A stretch of DNA of 64,000 bases from Patescibacteria group bacterium (lineage in GTDB: Bacteria; Patescibacteriota; Microgenomatia; UBA1400; PJMF01): assembly GCA_016861085.1 (NCBI GenBank), contig BOKR01000001.1, positions 579,271 to 643,270 of the forward strand, written 5' to 3'. The translations under genes and the position numbers were made by a program. Shown here piece after piece: positions 29,359 to 39,585 of the stretch. Numbering within the stretch: the stretch's first letter is position 1; every line of letters begins with the position of its first letter. Under the pieces are notes generated by a model. The model saw nothing but the letters and a program-made list of their open reading frames with translations, searched no databases and had not been told where the DNA came from.

Positions 29359-30484
29359 AAAAGATCCTTAAAACATCTTTAATCGTGATTATTATAATCA
29401 AACCAAACAAAAGTATATACCCTCCATAATTAAACATGTACTCAATTCTTTGAGTTCTTTTTTTAGTAAGTAGTGATTCTAAAATCACAAAAACGGCTCT
29501 CCCTCCATCTAATGGTGGTATTGGAAGTACATTCATCACCGCAAGATTAATAGATAACATACCTGCAAAAGAGAGTACTGAATACCATCCTTCTTGAAAA
29601 ATACCTGTTGTTTGTGCTTGATGAACAATTCCAATTGGTCCTGCGACATCTTGAGTCAAACGCCCTTTTGTAAACAAATCAGTTAAGATACCGCTGAATG
29701 CTTGAACAATCTGCCAACCAAGGCCAATTGCCTGGGTGACACCATATGCTGCACTTCTAAAAGGCATCTCTAGAGCTGAATATCTAACAATAATAAAATT
29801 ATCAAATGCTATTCCCATTGCCCCTTCATCTTGAGGAGTTTCTTCTTGGGTCCTTACATATATTTCGTATTCGTTCTTTGAATCCTCGCAAATTCTCTGT
29901 TCACAATGGCCTGTTGTTACTAATGTCACAGTCTTACCTCTGTATTGATATACCAAATCGATTACCTCATTTGGTCTTGCTACAGCAAATTCTTCAGATT
30001 CATACTTTACTGCTGTGATAGTCACATCTTCTGGTAAGCCCGCTTGAGCAGCTGGAGAACCAGCAACGACCAGCCCAACTCTAGCTTCAGTAATTTCTTC
30101 AGGAATTCCCATTTTAGTGAAAACAACAGTAAACGCGATAATACCAAAAACAAAATTTACCGTAGCACCAGCTAAAATAATTACGAGCTTTTGATACACT
30201 CCAGCCTGATAGAATTGACCAGTTGGCTTCTTTTTAGCTTTACTTTCTGGCTCTGAAGAATCATTTTGGTCATCTTCACCCTGCATCCGTACAAAGCCAC
30301 CAAATGGAATCCAGTTCAGAGTAAAATCTGTATCTTTCCATCGAAATAGTTTAATTGCTTTTGGAGGATACCCTAAACCAAATTCATCAGTTTTTACCTT
30401 GGCCCATTTGGCTGCAAAAAAATGCCCAAGTTCATGAATAATGACCAAAAATGATAAAACCAATATAAAAACTAAAGCGCCCAT
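29351..30484 (-). CDS. rseP: RIP metalloprotease RseP (M50) with PDZ domain
   Basis: HELGH, IPFGGFV, AGPIGI, NVLPIPPLDGG. Confidence 0.94.
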   Translation of the reverse strand: MGALVFILVLSFLVIIHELGHFFAAKWAKVKTDEFGLGYPPKAIKLFRWKDTDFTLNWIPFGGFVRMQGEDDQNDSSEPESKAKKKPTGQFYQAGVYQKLVIILAGATVNFVFGIIAFTVVFTKMGIPEEITEARVGLVVAGSPAAQAGLPEDVTITAVKYESEEFAVARPNEVIDLVYQYRGKTVTLVTTGHCEQRICEDSKNEYEIYVRTQEETPQDEGAMGIAFDNFIIVRYSALEMPFRSAAYGVTQAIGLGWQIVQAFSGILTDLFTKGRLTQDVAGPIGIVHQAQTTGIFQEGWYSVLSFAGMLSINLAVMNVLPIPPLDGGRAVFVILESLLTKKRTQRIEYMFNYGGYILLFGLIIIITIKDVLRIFYG

Positions 30485-30499
30485 ATACGTATTGTGCTG

Positions 30500-31060
30500 T
30501 TAAATAGTTAGTAAATCTTTTTCTTTTGCTGCAGAAATTGTATCCAATTTTCCCATGTATTCTTTAATCAATTCATCAAGCTTCTGCAAATCAAACTTAA
30601 TGTCATCTTCACTTACACCCTCAGAACCTTTTCTAGATTCGACCTCTTTTTTAGCGTCAGTTCGAAGGTTTCTAAGCATAACTCTTCCACCCTCAATCTT
30701 CTTATGAAGAACCTTGACCATTTCCATTCTTTTTTCTTGGGTAAGAGGTGCGATTTGAATTCTTATTACATCACCACTCACAACTGGATTTAAATTTAAA
30801 TCAGAAGTAGCAATTGCACGTTCAATATTTGACAAGACAGATTTATCCCAGGGACTAATGACAAGTAACGTTGCATCTGGTGCTTGCACTGATGCTAATT
30901 CTGCTATTTTCATTCTAGAACCATACGCTTCTACAACCACGGGGTCGAGCAGTTGTACAGTTGCCTTACCAGTCCGTAGAGATGCTACATCTCTTGAGAC
31001 ATGATCAATAGCTTTATCTAATCTTTGCTTTACATCTGAAAAATCAAATGACATAAACAC
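30500..31060 (-). CDS. frr: Ribosome recycling factor
   Basis: LRTGKA, YGS, SPWD, LNLNP, LTQEKR, KEKDLL. Confidence 0.95.
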   Translation of the reverse strand: MFMSFDFSDVKQRLDKAIDHVSRDVASLRTGKATVQLLDPVVVEAYGSRMKIAELASVQAPDATLLVISPWDKSVLSNIERAIATSDLNLNPVVSGDVIRIQIAPLTQEKRMEMVKVLHKKIEGGRVMLRNLRTDAKKEVESRKGSEGVSEDDIKFDLQKLDELIKEYMGKLDTISAAKEKDLLTI

Positions 31061-31153
31061 TTTCTGTTCTATAAAAACTGTGTACCTCAGCTCCTCATTG
31101 TAACAAAGTTTGTCTCAAGATGATAGAAGCGATATACTACTAACTAAGAACGT

Positions 31154-31993
31154 ATGATATTACAACCATTTATTTCGGCTGAATACTATAAAAATGCAAT
31201 TAAAAAATCATTTATTTCTTCTGCTGGAGCTCTGTTTACTGCACTCATCTTGACTGCAATAATTGCAAGCCTTCACTTTTTAACAAAACAATGGCCAAGT
31301 ATTCAGGATACCTTTAGACAAATTATAAGCGATGTTTCACTGTATTATCCAGAAGAATTGACCTTCGAATGGAAAGAAAACAGGCTACACTCAAATGGTG
31401 ACGCCATTACTGTACCTTGGCCAAACAGTATTAGTTCTCATATTACTGCATTACCAAATCATTTCTTGTACTTTTCTAATACAGAAAAAAGCCCTCAAGA
31501 TTTGGAGATTTCTACTACCCAGTATTTGTTATTTATAAATAACATTTCTGTTTCCCATAGAAATGCTGATTTTCCTGAAGAATGGATATCACAACCACTT
31601 TCGTCCGTTTTTGTAACAGATGCGCCATTTTTTGTTGATAAACGTACTGTCTCTCAATTTAGTTCAGAGCTGCTTTCACTTATTGATCAGTCTCAATTAA
31701 GTATTGTTGCCTTTTTAGCATTTTTCTTCATGTTTGTTGGAAACGCCTTATGGTTTCTAGGTATTGAAACTATTTTGGTAATACTTTTATTTAAACTCTA
31801 TGCTTTAACACTAACCGTACAACAAACAATCAAACTTTGTATGCACGTCATGATTCCTACAATCACACTTAATACTTTAGCCACCTTATTGTATCCATCG
31901 ATTACTATTCCACTGCAAACTATTACTTTTTGGATACTTATCGTATTTTTAAGCTACTATTTCAGAAAAAAAATAGAACTGAAAGAAAATTAA
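31154..31993 (+). CDS. Membrane protein (DUF1189-like topology)
   Basis: One N-terminal TM, soluble loop, 3-4 C-terminal TMs. Confidence 0.55.
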   Translation: MILQPFISAEYYKNAIKKSFISSAGALFTALILTAIIASLHFLTKQWPSIQDTFRQIISDVSLYYPEELTFEWKENRLHSNGDAITVPWPNSISSHITALPNHFLYFSNTEKSPQDLEISTTQYLLFINNISVSHRNADFPEEWISQPLSSVFVTDAPFFVDKRTVSQFSSELLSLIDQSQLSIVAFLAFFFMFVGNALWFLGIETILVILLFKLYALTLTVQQTIKLCMHVMIPTITLNTLATLLYPSITIPLQTITFWILIVFLSYYFRKKIELKEN

Positions 31994-32373
31994 TCCTCTT
32001 TAGGATCAAGCCTCATTTGCATGTCAACAGGTGGGAAAGCCAAATCTTGTTTTGCTGGATCGGCTAGTTCTAATAACTCTTTAGCATCCTGGATTCTTCG
32101 CTGTAGCGGTCCTAATTCTTCTGTGATAATTGGTTCATCTTCTTCGACTGGAATGATCCCATTCCCGTTTTTCATGCCAACAGCGATTAAAATCAGTGCA
32201 ATAACGATTAACAGAACTCCAATAACCGCGATGATAACAAACTTTTTTTTACTTTTTGGTTTTTGAGGCAACTCGACTTCAGGTTTCTTTTCCGCATACA
32301 CTGCTTGATCTTCAAAGATTGGCTCTTCAAATGAAAACCGAGTTTGGTTGATTGGAATTTGAGTTTCGTTCAT
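31990..32373 (-). CDS. Hypothetical single-TM protein
   Basis: KKK followed by hydrophobic helix; operonic with neighbours. Confidence 0.7.
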   Translation of the reverse strand: MNETQIPINQTRFSFEEPIFEDQAVYAEKKPEVELPQKPKSKKKFVIIAVIGVLLIVIALILIAVGMKNGNGIIPVEEDEPIITEELGPLQRRIQDAKELLELADPAKQDLAFPPVDMQMRLDPKED

Positions 32374-32379
32374 AGTTAG

Positions 32380-33240
32380 TTATAGTGTGATTAACTCCTC
32401 CAAGTGATCTAATGATCTGGAAATCTGAGCAAATACTGGAGATAAGTCTTCTAATATATTTTCATAAAAGCCTCTAGAAAATCCTTCTCTTCTTGCAAAT
32501 AAAAACAGTTCGTTGAGTGTTACAAGTCCTGCTGTAATCTCTTCAAAATTGCGTTCAATTTCTTCGTACGCGCGCTCCCTTTTAGAAGTTCTGGCATCTG
32601 AAACCTGTTGAGATTCGTGTTCGGCAATGATATCTGTTTCAATTATTTGGGCTTTATCATGAACCTCCTGAATTTTACCAATCCTAATGAGTGACAAAGC
32701 TTTATAGACAGCACTTTGATACGAAACAGAAATCGGCTCAAATTCATCTGCAAGAAATGCCATGGCTTGTCTGTCTTTGGAAATAACTATATTCTCTTGA
32801 TGGATTTTTATTGCGTTAATTAAACCAAACAGCTCAGTGTGAGACTGATTTTTTAAATCCAGTTCAACACCATTTGTCTCTGTCAAAACAGCGTCAACTA
32901 ATTCTAGATAAGTAACTAAAACTCTGGACCTATCCATCATCACCGTTTGAGTAGCTTTTACCGCTTCTTCTAATGCAGACAAAGTCTGGACTTGCTGATA
33001 GTTAGTCTTAGCAATAGTAAAAGCTTTTTCCGAATTTCGATATACCTCAACTTGGTCTCGATATAGAGTTCTCAATTCACGGATGCGTTCAGTTTCTCTT
33101 TCTTTAGTAAAAATTTCAGAGCCAGATTCCGTTGCAACAGAAACTGCCTCCAGGTTTTCAGATTGTGCCAACACGACAGTGCCAAAAAAAGCAAAAAAAC
33201 TGAAAATTAGTATTGCTAAAAATGCTTTTTTAATCATCAT
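32380..33240 (-). CDS. Hypothetical secreted helical protein
   Basis: Signal peptide MMIKKAFLAIL...VLA; all-helical mature part. Confidence 0.7.
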   Translation of the reverse strand: MMIKKAFLAILIFSFFAFFGTVVLAQSENLEAVSVATESGSEIFTKERETERIRELRTLYRDQVEVYRNSEKAFTIAKTNYQQVQTLSALEEAVKATQTVMMDRSRVLVTYLELVDAVLTETNGVELDLKNQSHTELFGLINAIKIHQENIVISKDRQAMAFLADEFEPISVSYQSAVYKALSLIRIGKIQEVHDKAQIIETDIIAEHESQQVSDARTSKRERAYEEIERNFEEITAGLVTLNELFLFARREGFSRGFYENILEDLSPVFAQISRSLDHLEELITL

Positions 33241-33253
33241 ACCTGGCCCGTAT

Positions 33254-33982
33254 TTAGTTGTTTTTATTTTTTGCAAGTTCACGTTCTCGGGCAAAAACTA
33301 TTGCTTCATGCAAAGACTCAAAAGTACCCGTATCAAGCCATTTTCCCTCAACAAATGCTACATCCAAGGTTCCTTCTTTTAAGTATACATTATTTAAGTC
33401 TGTAATTTCTAGTTCACCTCTCGGGCTTGGCTGTAACGACTTAGCCTTTGCAACAACAGTCTTATCATAGATATACATTCCGGTAACTGCATAGTTTGAT
33501 TTCGCGACCTTTGGTTTCTCTTCTATTGAAATAACTTTATGGTTCTCATCAAATTCAGCAACACCAAATCGTTCTGGATCAGGTACTTCTTTAATAAACA
33601 CACGGCCACCTGACTGGAATGACTGAATAGCTACACTAAAGTCATCTTCATATAAGTTATCACCAAGAATTAGGGTTACACTGTCATCTCCAACAAAATT
33701 TTCGCCAATAATAAATGCCTGCGCTAAGCCCTCTGGTTTATCCTGAATTTCATAGGTAAATTTGCATCCAAATTCTTTTCCACTCCCCAAAAGCTTTAAA
33801 AAATCACCAGCATGGTCTGGAGCCACAATGATTAGAATGTCTTTAATTCCTGCTTTGAGCAAGGTCTCAAGAGGATAATAGATCATTGGTTTATTATAAA
33901 TTGGCAATAATTGTTTACTTGTAACCTGAGTTAATGGACGTAATCGAGTACCTGAACCTCCAGCAAGAATAATACCCTTCAT
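33254..33982 (-). CDS. rmlA: Glucose-1-phosphate thymidylyltransferase (short form)
   Basis: [50 protein letters not shown]. Confidence 0.93.
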   Translation of the reverse strand: MKGIILAGGSGTRLRPLTQVTSKQLLPIYNKPMIYYPLETLLKAGIKDILIIVAPDHAGDFLKLLGSGKEFGCKFTYEIQDKPEGLAQAFIIGENFVGDDSVTLILGDNLYEDDFSVAIQSFQSGGRVFIKEVPDPERFGVAEFDENHKVISIEEKPKVAKSNYAVTGMYIYDKTVVAKAKSLQPSPRGELEITDLNNVYLKEGTLDVAFVEGKWLDTGTFESLHEAIVFARERELAKNKNN

Positions 33983-34023
33983 ATGAACTCCTTTTTGTTA
34001 TTATTTTGATCCCTAGTGTACCA

Positions 34024-34281
34024 TTAGTTGAGCAAAAGTAGTAAGAGAGAAACCGCTAAAATTGCAATTGCTAGGTACTCAAAAACAACCTTCGAATTGA
34101 TATGTTTCATATTTTTGTGAACTATTACACCCCACAAAAAATAGAACATTCCCAAGCAAATAACTAGGATTCTTTGTTGCGCTCTATCTGGCCAAAAGTG
34201 CATAAATAAAACTATGAATCCAATCAAAACAAAAGCCAGGACTGCGTACGCGATTTTGTGAGACTTAATTTCTTCTATCAT
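34024..34281 (-). CDS. Small 3-TM membrane protein
   Basis: YFLWGVIVH...VVFEY pattern; coupled to the upstream gene. Confidence 0.7.
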   Translation of the reverse strand: MIEEIKSHKIAYAVLAFVLIGFIVLFMHFWPDRAQQRILVICLGMFYFLWGVIVHKNMKHINSKVVFEYLAIAILAVSLLLLLLN

Positions 34282-35267
34282 GGTCCAACTACTCCACCCT
34301 TAAAGGCAATTATTATATATAGTACGGTGAGAAATAACAAAATATGTGCAACATTTTTTCCAACAAATCTGACAGAGTTTTTGTGTCCTGCCACAAGAGC
34401 ATCATACACAAGAACAGTAAGTAAAATTATAATTATGCTCAGAAAAAACGCTTTTAGTACATGTTGCGGAGAATAGAGTATCCCATTTGTCAAAGTACCC
34501 TGAGGAACTGCAGCCTCTGCAAGAACTTCTGTTGGTTCATCAACTTTTTCTTCAAGCTCAGCCGGAGCTAGCTCTGTTTCGCTTTCAGTTATGGTCTCAA
34601 TCCCATTGACTGTAGTACTGGTTGCTATTGCTGGAACGGCTATACTTGGTTCTTTGGCTACTGCTTGGGTATCTGGAGTTCCAAACATTTGAACCACTAA
34701 CGTAGTCTCAACCCCATTCAGCTGACCATCTACAACAGCAATCCCAATTTCCTCGTACCTGGGATTCATAATGTTTGCCCTATGAGTTGGTGAATTCATC
34801 CAAGCATCCATCATTGGTATTGTAGTATCAAAGTCACGAGCTAGGTTCTCCCCAGCAATTCTGTATGTGTAACCAGCAGATTTAATAAAATCCCAAGGTT
34901 CTTTACCAGAGGGGGAAGTGTGTGCCCAATACCCTTCAGAGAACATGTTTTGGGCCTTTGCGATTGCAGCTTGAGCTAATTTTGTATCGTAAGAAAGTGC
35001 TTGTAATCCCGAACCAGCCCTTAGACTATTTGTTGCTTCTACAACCTGAGATACAGTAATATTAGAAGCGTAACCCAAAATACTTCCAGATAGAGGATGA
35101 ATTTTGGCAGTAAACCATACTAGCTGGGAAAATCCTAGTGCAATAAGTGATAAGAAAAATAACGGTCGAGGATGCAAAAACTTCGGTCTGTGGTTATTTG
35201 ACCGTTGTGGATGAAACAAATGTTTTATAACTTTTAACAATTGCACGTCAATTCTTTTCATATTCAT
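34278..35267 (-). CDS. CAP/SCP domain membrane protein
   Basis: TNSLR, KAQNM...YWAH, GENLA, WMNSPTHRANI, VVQMFG. Confidence 0.92.
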   Translation of the reverse strand: MNMKRIDVQLLKVIKHLFHPQRSNNHRPKFLHPRPLFFLSLIALGFSQLVWFTAKIHPLSGSILGYASNITVSQVVEATNSLRAGSGLQALSYDTKLAQAAIAKAQNMFSEGYWAHTSPSGKEPWDFIKSAGYTYRIAGENLARDFDTTIPMMDAWMNSPTHRANIMNPRYEEIGIAVVDGQLNGVETTLVVQMFGTPDTQAVAKEPSIAVPAIATSTTVNGIETITESETELAPAELEEKVDEPTEVLAEAAVPQGTLTNGILYSPQHVLKAFFLSIIIILLTVLVYDALVAGHKNSVRFVGKNVAHILLFLTVLYIIIAFKGGVVGP

Positions 35268-35288
35268 TATGATAAGAAATTATTTTTG

Positions 35289-36422
35289 TTACAAGGGGTA
35301 TTCAAGCGAATGGTTTTGCAAAATATACTCACAGACACCTAACATTGTGCAGATTTTTATTGACACATAACTTTGGCCACTGGGAATATTCTCAAATACT
35401 AAGTTAGTCTGAATTACCGCACTTGAAGCTTGCACTGGAACATTGGCTTGCACGTATTGATGCTGTTGTTTTTCTTGTAGTTGTTGAGCTTGATCCCAAT
35501 GTAACTGAGTATTGATTGGGTTTTGTGAAATTCTTGCATCAAAGTATTTTACGGAGTCAGTATCGTTTTGATATTGAATTTGAGTTGAAAGTTCATGGTC
35601 AGTTTCGATAAATGCTTGCACAAAAAATTGTGATGCCCCCAATTCCAATTGTTGTGATACATGCAAAAACTGCGTTGTTTCAATATTATTAAACAAATCT
35701 ACTGACCAAAAAGCAACTTGTGTACCTAAAAAATCTGGAGGTAAAGTGTATGTAAACTCTTGACCACTAGAATCAATAGTTTCCAACTCTACCTGAATTG
35801 TTTCTTCTTGGTTGTTTCTAAAAACTCTGTGAGAAACAAACAGTGACTGAACAGGTTTATCTGCAATAAACTGTATGAAATCATAGGGGGTTGCAAATAA
35901 CTTAGTTGTGGTAACCTCTCTTAACTCAAGACTTGGCAGATGGAGTTCATCAAACGTATTCTGAACTGTAAATAACAGATCATATTCTCCAGATGTAAGA
36001 GCAAACTGAGATACATCTACAAATGCAGTATGCCATTCAGTATTGTAATTAGTTCTTACAATTTGTAAAACAGAAACTTGCCCAATTGAAACTATGACTG
36101 CTGGCTCATCAAACAATCTTGCTGTCTCTTCGCTTTGTAATTTATACTGAAATGATAAAAACTGGGGATGATTTGTATCAATGCTAATTTGAAAGTGTTC
36201 ACCACTCTCATCACTATATGAACTCACTGCCTCTTGGTTTGAATATGTGAGATCGCCCTGTAGTAAATATGCTTGGGTCTGGGCTGGGACCCATTCACCG
36301 ATCTTGAATGTGTTTTCAGGCCCAGTAAATGAACCATTGAAAAATGCCGATGAAATATACGACCCTGAGACAACCACTATTGCAAAAATAATTAACAACG
36401 TAATTAAGATTTTATTTTTCAT
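35289..36422 (-). CDS. Secreted protein with SipW-cognate-like signal peptide
   Basis: Hydrophobic N-terminus then SSAFF......ENTF..G..; beta-rich; downstream of sipW. Confidence 0.65.
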   Translation of the reverse strand: MKNKILITLLIIFAIVVVSGSYISSAFFNGSFTGPENTFKIGEWVPAQTQAYLLQGDLTYSNQEAVSSYSDESGEHFQISIDTNHPQFLSFQYKLQSEETARLFDEPAVIVSIGQVSVLQIVRTNYNTEWHTAFVDVSQFALTSGEYDLLFTVQNTFDELHLPSLELREVTTTKLFATPYDFIQFIADKPVQSLFVSHRVFRNNQEETIQVELETIDSSGQEFTYTLPPDFLGTQVAFWSVDLFNNIETTQFLHVSQQLELGASQFFVQAFIETDHELSTQIQYQNDTDSVKYFDARISQNPINTQLHWDQAQQLQEKQQHQYVQANVPVQASSAVIQTNLVFENIPSGQSYVSIKICTMLGVCEYILQNHSLEYPL

Positions 36423-36879
36423 ATGATTTTTTCATTACAGAAGTAAGCTTCTGTGTAGTTTTATGTGTCAAATATGCTATGAGCAAAAAAACAAAACACA
36501 TTCTCATGTATCTTGATTGAACGAATAAAACAAAATAGCCAATTTTTGGAATGATTCCAATGATTTTTCCAATTATGTTTTCTTTAGTGATAACTCGTAA
36601 ATCTGCTACCGCATTAGCATCACCCTGTGTTTCAAACCCAACTCCATTTTTTATTGCAACTATTCTATGTGTGGCAATGAATGTATCTGCTTTAAAACTA
36701 ACAATATCTTGCAGAGCATAGTGCTCCTGGCCCTTGGCCAGGAGCACATCGCCAACCCCAAAAGTAGGTTGCATTGAGTTGGAGGTAACAACTAAAAGCT
36801 GAATCTGAAACAGATATGCTAAAAGCACACTCATCACAAAAATACTCAACAGTATCAAAAGTGTCATTTGTGCTTTCAT
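36412..36879 (-). CDS. sipW: Signal peptidase I, SipW/ER type (S26B)
   Basis: VTSNSMQP.F.VGD, THRI, TQGDAN..D, IIGK...IP.IGY. Confidence 0.9.
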   Translation of the reverse strand: MKAQMTLLILLSIFVMSVLLAYLFQIQLLVVTSNSMQPTFGVGDVLLAKGQEHYALQDIVSFKADTFIATHRIVAIKNGVGFETQGDANAVADLRVITKENIIGKIIGIIPKIGYFVLFVQSRYMRMCFVFLLIAYLTHKTTQKLTSVMKKSYEK

Positions 36880-36903
36880 ACTCTAACCTTCCACACAAGT
36901 TCT

Positions 36904-37488
36904 CTAATAGGTTGCTGGCCAACTGGAACTACCTGTTATTTGTCTTCCTGCTATATGCAAACTTGTTACAAATGTTTGGTTCTGATACTCGTCTGGAGCA
37001 GTCTCACTCAATTGGACTGTTAATCGAAACGCTGCTACTTCTTGAGGTTCTAATGCTAATAACGAGTTTTCAGTTCCGTCTGCGCTCAAATAAAATTCTT
37101 GTCCTATTACCCCACCATTTTGAGTTACTTGAATCCAATTTTCTCCTTCTTTCCTTTCAATTGCGATTATTTCAACAATTTCTGGATCTAAATTGGGTTC
37201 ACTCCATGCTCCGTGCAAATATCCTTTTATCTCAACTGGCATTGAGCCAGTATTTTCAACGGCAAATTCCAAAACCTGTTGTTCTCCTGGTCTCCAATCA
37301 CTTACTGAAAGTACTGAATCCTGATTTACAGCTACTGAAACAGTTCCAGAGGTCAAGACATTCTCCGGAGAACTATTTACATCGGTAAAAAACGCTTTTG
37401 TTACTACAAACGCAAAAACTGATACTAGAGCGATAATCAACAGCGGTGTATTGATTTTCGAAATTTTTGAGAGTTTTGTAAATCTCAT
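36904..37488 (-). CDS. TasA/CalY-like (M73 family) SipW substrate
   Basis: TKAFFTD..SS.EN.LTSGT signal, W.PG, V.NTGSMP, NEYQ-like DEYQN..F. Confidence 0.82.
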   Translation of the reverse strand: MRFTKLSKISKINTPLLIIALVSVFAFVVTKAFFTDVNSSPENVLTSGTVSVAVNQDSVLSVSDWRPGEQQVLEFAVENTGSMPVEIKGYLHGAWSEPNLDPEIVEIIAIERKEGENWIQVTQNGGVIGQEFYLSADGTENSLLALEPQEVAAFRLTVQLSETAPDEYQNQTFVTSLHIAGRQITGSSSWPATY

Positions 37489-37566
37489 ATTTTTCTTTCT
37501 TCTTATTGATACTGCTGCCAATCATACGTACACAATCTTACATTTAGCTGTCATAATGAACACAAC

Positions 37567-37968
37567 ATGCAATACAATCAACTTACCCAACAAGAAAAAG
37601 AAGTAATAGAAAACAACGGCACAGAACGCCCCTTTACTGGAGAATACGATAATTTTTATCTTCCCGGTACTTTTATTTGTCGAAAATGTAATGCCCCACT
37701 TTTTTCATCAAAAGCTAAATTTGACGCCCACTGCGGCTGGCCAGCATTCGATGCAAATTTTCCTAATGCTGTGCAAAGGTTGACTGATGCAGACGGAACT
37801 AGAACTGAAATTCGATGTGCCAACTGTGATGGTCACCTTGGCCATGTGTTTGAGGGTGAAGAATTTACAAAAACAAATACTCGCCATTGTGTGAACTCAC
37901 TCTCAATCAAATTCATAAAAGAAGGTGAAAAACTACCAACCGTTATAAAGAAAAATCAAAATGACTGA
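37567..37968 (+). CDS. msrB: Methionine-R-sulfoxide reductase
   Basis: GTERPFTGEY, CGWPAF, RTEI.C..C.GHLGHVF, RHCVNS. Confidence 0.97.
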   Translation: MQYNQLTQQEKEVIENNGTERPFTGEYDNFYLPGTFICRKCNAPLFSSKAKFDAHCGWPAFDANFPNAVQRLTDADGTRTEIRCANCDGHLGHVFEGEEFTKTNTRHCVNSLSIKFIKEGEKLPTVIKKNQND

Positions 37969-38488
37969 AACTGCAACATTCGCAAATGGCTGTTTTTGGT
38001 GCACTGAGGCACTATTTCAACAACTCAAAGGAGTAACTTCGGTAATTCCTGGCTACACTGGTGGAAAAAGAAAAAATCCAACCTACGAACAAGTATCAAC
38101 TGGGGTAAGTGGTCATGCTGAGGCAATCCAAATTACTTTTGACCCAACTATCATCTCTTACGAAACGCTTCTCGATGTATTTTGGCACACACATAACCCA
38201 ACTACCCTTAACAAACAAGGATTTGATGTTGGTACACAATATAGATCGGCTATTTTTTATCATGATGAAAAACAAAAAGAAATTGCTGAAAAATCATTAC
38301 AAGCAATTAAAAAAGAGGGAGTCTACGCTGACCCAATAGTAACCGAAATTACTCAATTTGATGTTTTTTATCCTGCAGAAAATTATCACAAAGACTATTA
38401 CAAAAAGCATCCTGACGCACCATACTGCACAATTGTCATTAAACCGAAGCTTGAAAAGTTCTGGAAAAGATACAAACACCTGATATAA
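37961..38488 (+). CDS. msrA: Methionine-S-sulfoxide reductase
   Basis: GCFWC, GYTGG, GHAE, GTQYRS, AENYH. Confidence 0.97.
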   Translation: MTETATFANGCFWCTEALFQQLKGVTSVIPGYTGGKRKNPTYEQVSTGVSGHAEAIQITFDPTIISYETLLDVFWHTHNPTTLNKQGFDVGTQYRSAIFYHDEKQKEIAEKSLQAIKKEGVYADPIVTEITQFDVFYPAENYHKDYYKKHPDAPYCTIVIKPKLEKFWKRYKHLI

Positions 38489-38515
38489 TAGTACTTCAAT
38501 TTAATTTTGCAACTA

Positions 38516-38587
38516 GGCCCCATCGTCTATCGGTTAGGACGACAGGTTCTCATCCTGTAAAGCGCAGTTCGATTCTGCGTGGGGTCA
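38516..38587 (+). tRNA. tRNA-Glu(CTC)
   Basis: GGCCCCA/TGGGGTC acceptor, ACAGG-TTCTCAT-CCTGT anticodon arm, CGCAG-TTCGATT-CTGCG T-arm. Confidence 0.95.
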
Positions 38588-38607
38588 CAAAAACACTCAT
38601 TCAAAAC

Positions 38608-39075
38608 TTATTTTAATATTTTAACTGTGTACTGAATTTCCTCATTGTCATAGTAACCTTTTAAAACAGCTCTCAAGCCGCTGAGTTCTATTAAGCCACT
38701 AAAAGGACCTTCTTCACCAGGATCTGCATTTTGATGATATCCATCACGAATGTATTTTTTTTCTTTGTCGATCTTGAACCAAGGAACTACATCACTGTTA
38801 TCACCTACACTATCGCTGAAATTTATTGAATATTGTTGTGTTGCTTCTCTTTGCAACTCTGCACTAAAGACACCATTATTTGATCTAACTTCTAATACGA
38901 TTCGTTCACTTTCTTGATCAAAGTGAACTATGCTCAGTGTATAAGTTACTTCATGATTTTTATCTTGCCATGAGTAAGAAACTCGAGTTCTAAAAACACT
39001 TCCATGAATGTCTGTTACATTAGAATTTCTTACATGACCAAATACCGCGATGATTGCTGCTGTTTCTGCTTTCAT
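38608..39075 (-). CDS. Hypothetical protein (orphan) next to tRNA-Glu
   Basis: 155-aa ORF with AGGAG SD; no recognisable family. Confidence 0.7.
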   Translation of the reverse strand: MKAETAAIIAVFGHVRNSNVTDIHGSVFRTRVSYSWQDKNHEVTYTLSIVHFDQESERIVLEVRSNNGVFSAELQREATQQYSINFSDSVGDNSDVVPWFKIDKEKKYIRDGYHQNADPGEEGPFSGLIELSGLRAVLKGYYDNEEIQYTVKILK

Positions 39076-39255
39076 ACTTCTCCTAACTGATTGAGCTATT
39101 AAATATTAGTTATCAACACAAAAGCACTACAATACTCAAAAAAATGCTGCTTCAACCTATCATACCGGATAAATTTAAATTCGTAACACACAGTTAACAA
39201 AAAAAACAGGATTTTGCTTTTTTTCACCTTGAATAAACTCAATACCAGTTCATAA

Positions 39256-39277
39256 TATATGAATATGAATTCATATA
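39256..39277. promoter_or_regulatory. ArsR/SmtB-type operator inverted repeat
   Basis: TATATGAAT-N4-ATTCATATA overlapping the arsR start. Confidence 0.55.
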
Positions 39278-39585
39278 AATGCTGTGAGGATGCAAGCGAT
39301 GAAAATAAACACATTCTTTCTCAACTCTCACTAATAAAACTCCTTTCAGATAAAAATAGGTTACAGATACTGTGCATATTGAACTCACAAAGTCATCCAG
39401 TGAACGAGTTGGTTACGCATCTACAAACCTCTCAAAGTTTAGTTTCCCACCACTTAATTGCACTCAAGAAACTTTCTTTAGTGAAACATGAAAAATCTGG
39501 GAGACAAGTGATATATTCCCTGTCAAAAAAAGGAAAAGAGGTTATTAAATTACTGAAACTACTAAGTAGTAAGGAGCAAAGATGA
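39259..39585 (+). CDS. ArsR/SmtB family regulator
   Basis: LSDKNRLQIL, SQSLVSHHL, GRQVIYSL; N-terminal CC. Confidence 0.92.
   Translation: MNMNSYKCCEDASDENKHILSQLSLIKLLSDKNRLQILCILNSQSHPVNELVTHLQTSQSLVSHHLIALKKLSLVKHEKSGRQVIYSLSKKGKEVIKLLKLLSSKEQR

Noticed and set aside
36816..37388. 190-aa plus-strand ORF, and many similar antisense ORFs in the track
   Set aside because: They lie opposite well-supported genes and show no recognisable motifs
7221..37553. Identical 12-mer ATTTAGCTGTCA in two promoter regions (7221, 37542) and a similar stretch at 4256
   Set aside because: Matches of this length are expected by chance in 64 kb of AT-rich DNA and partly reflect the -35 box
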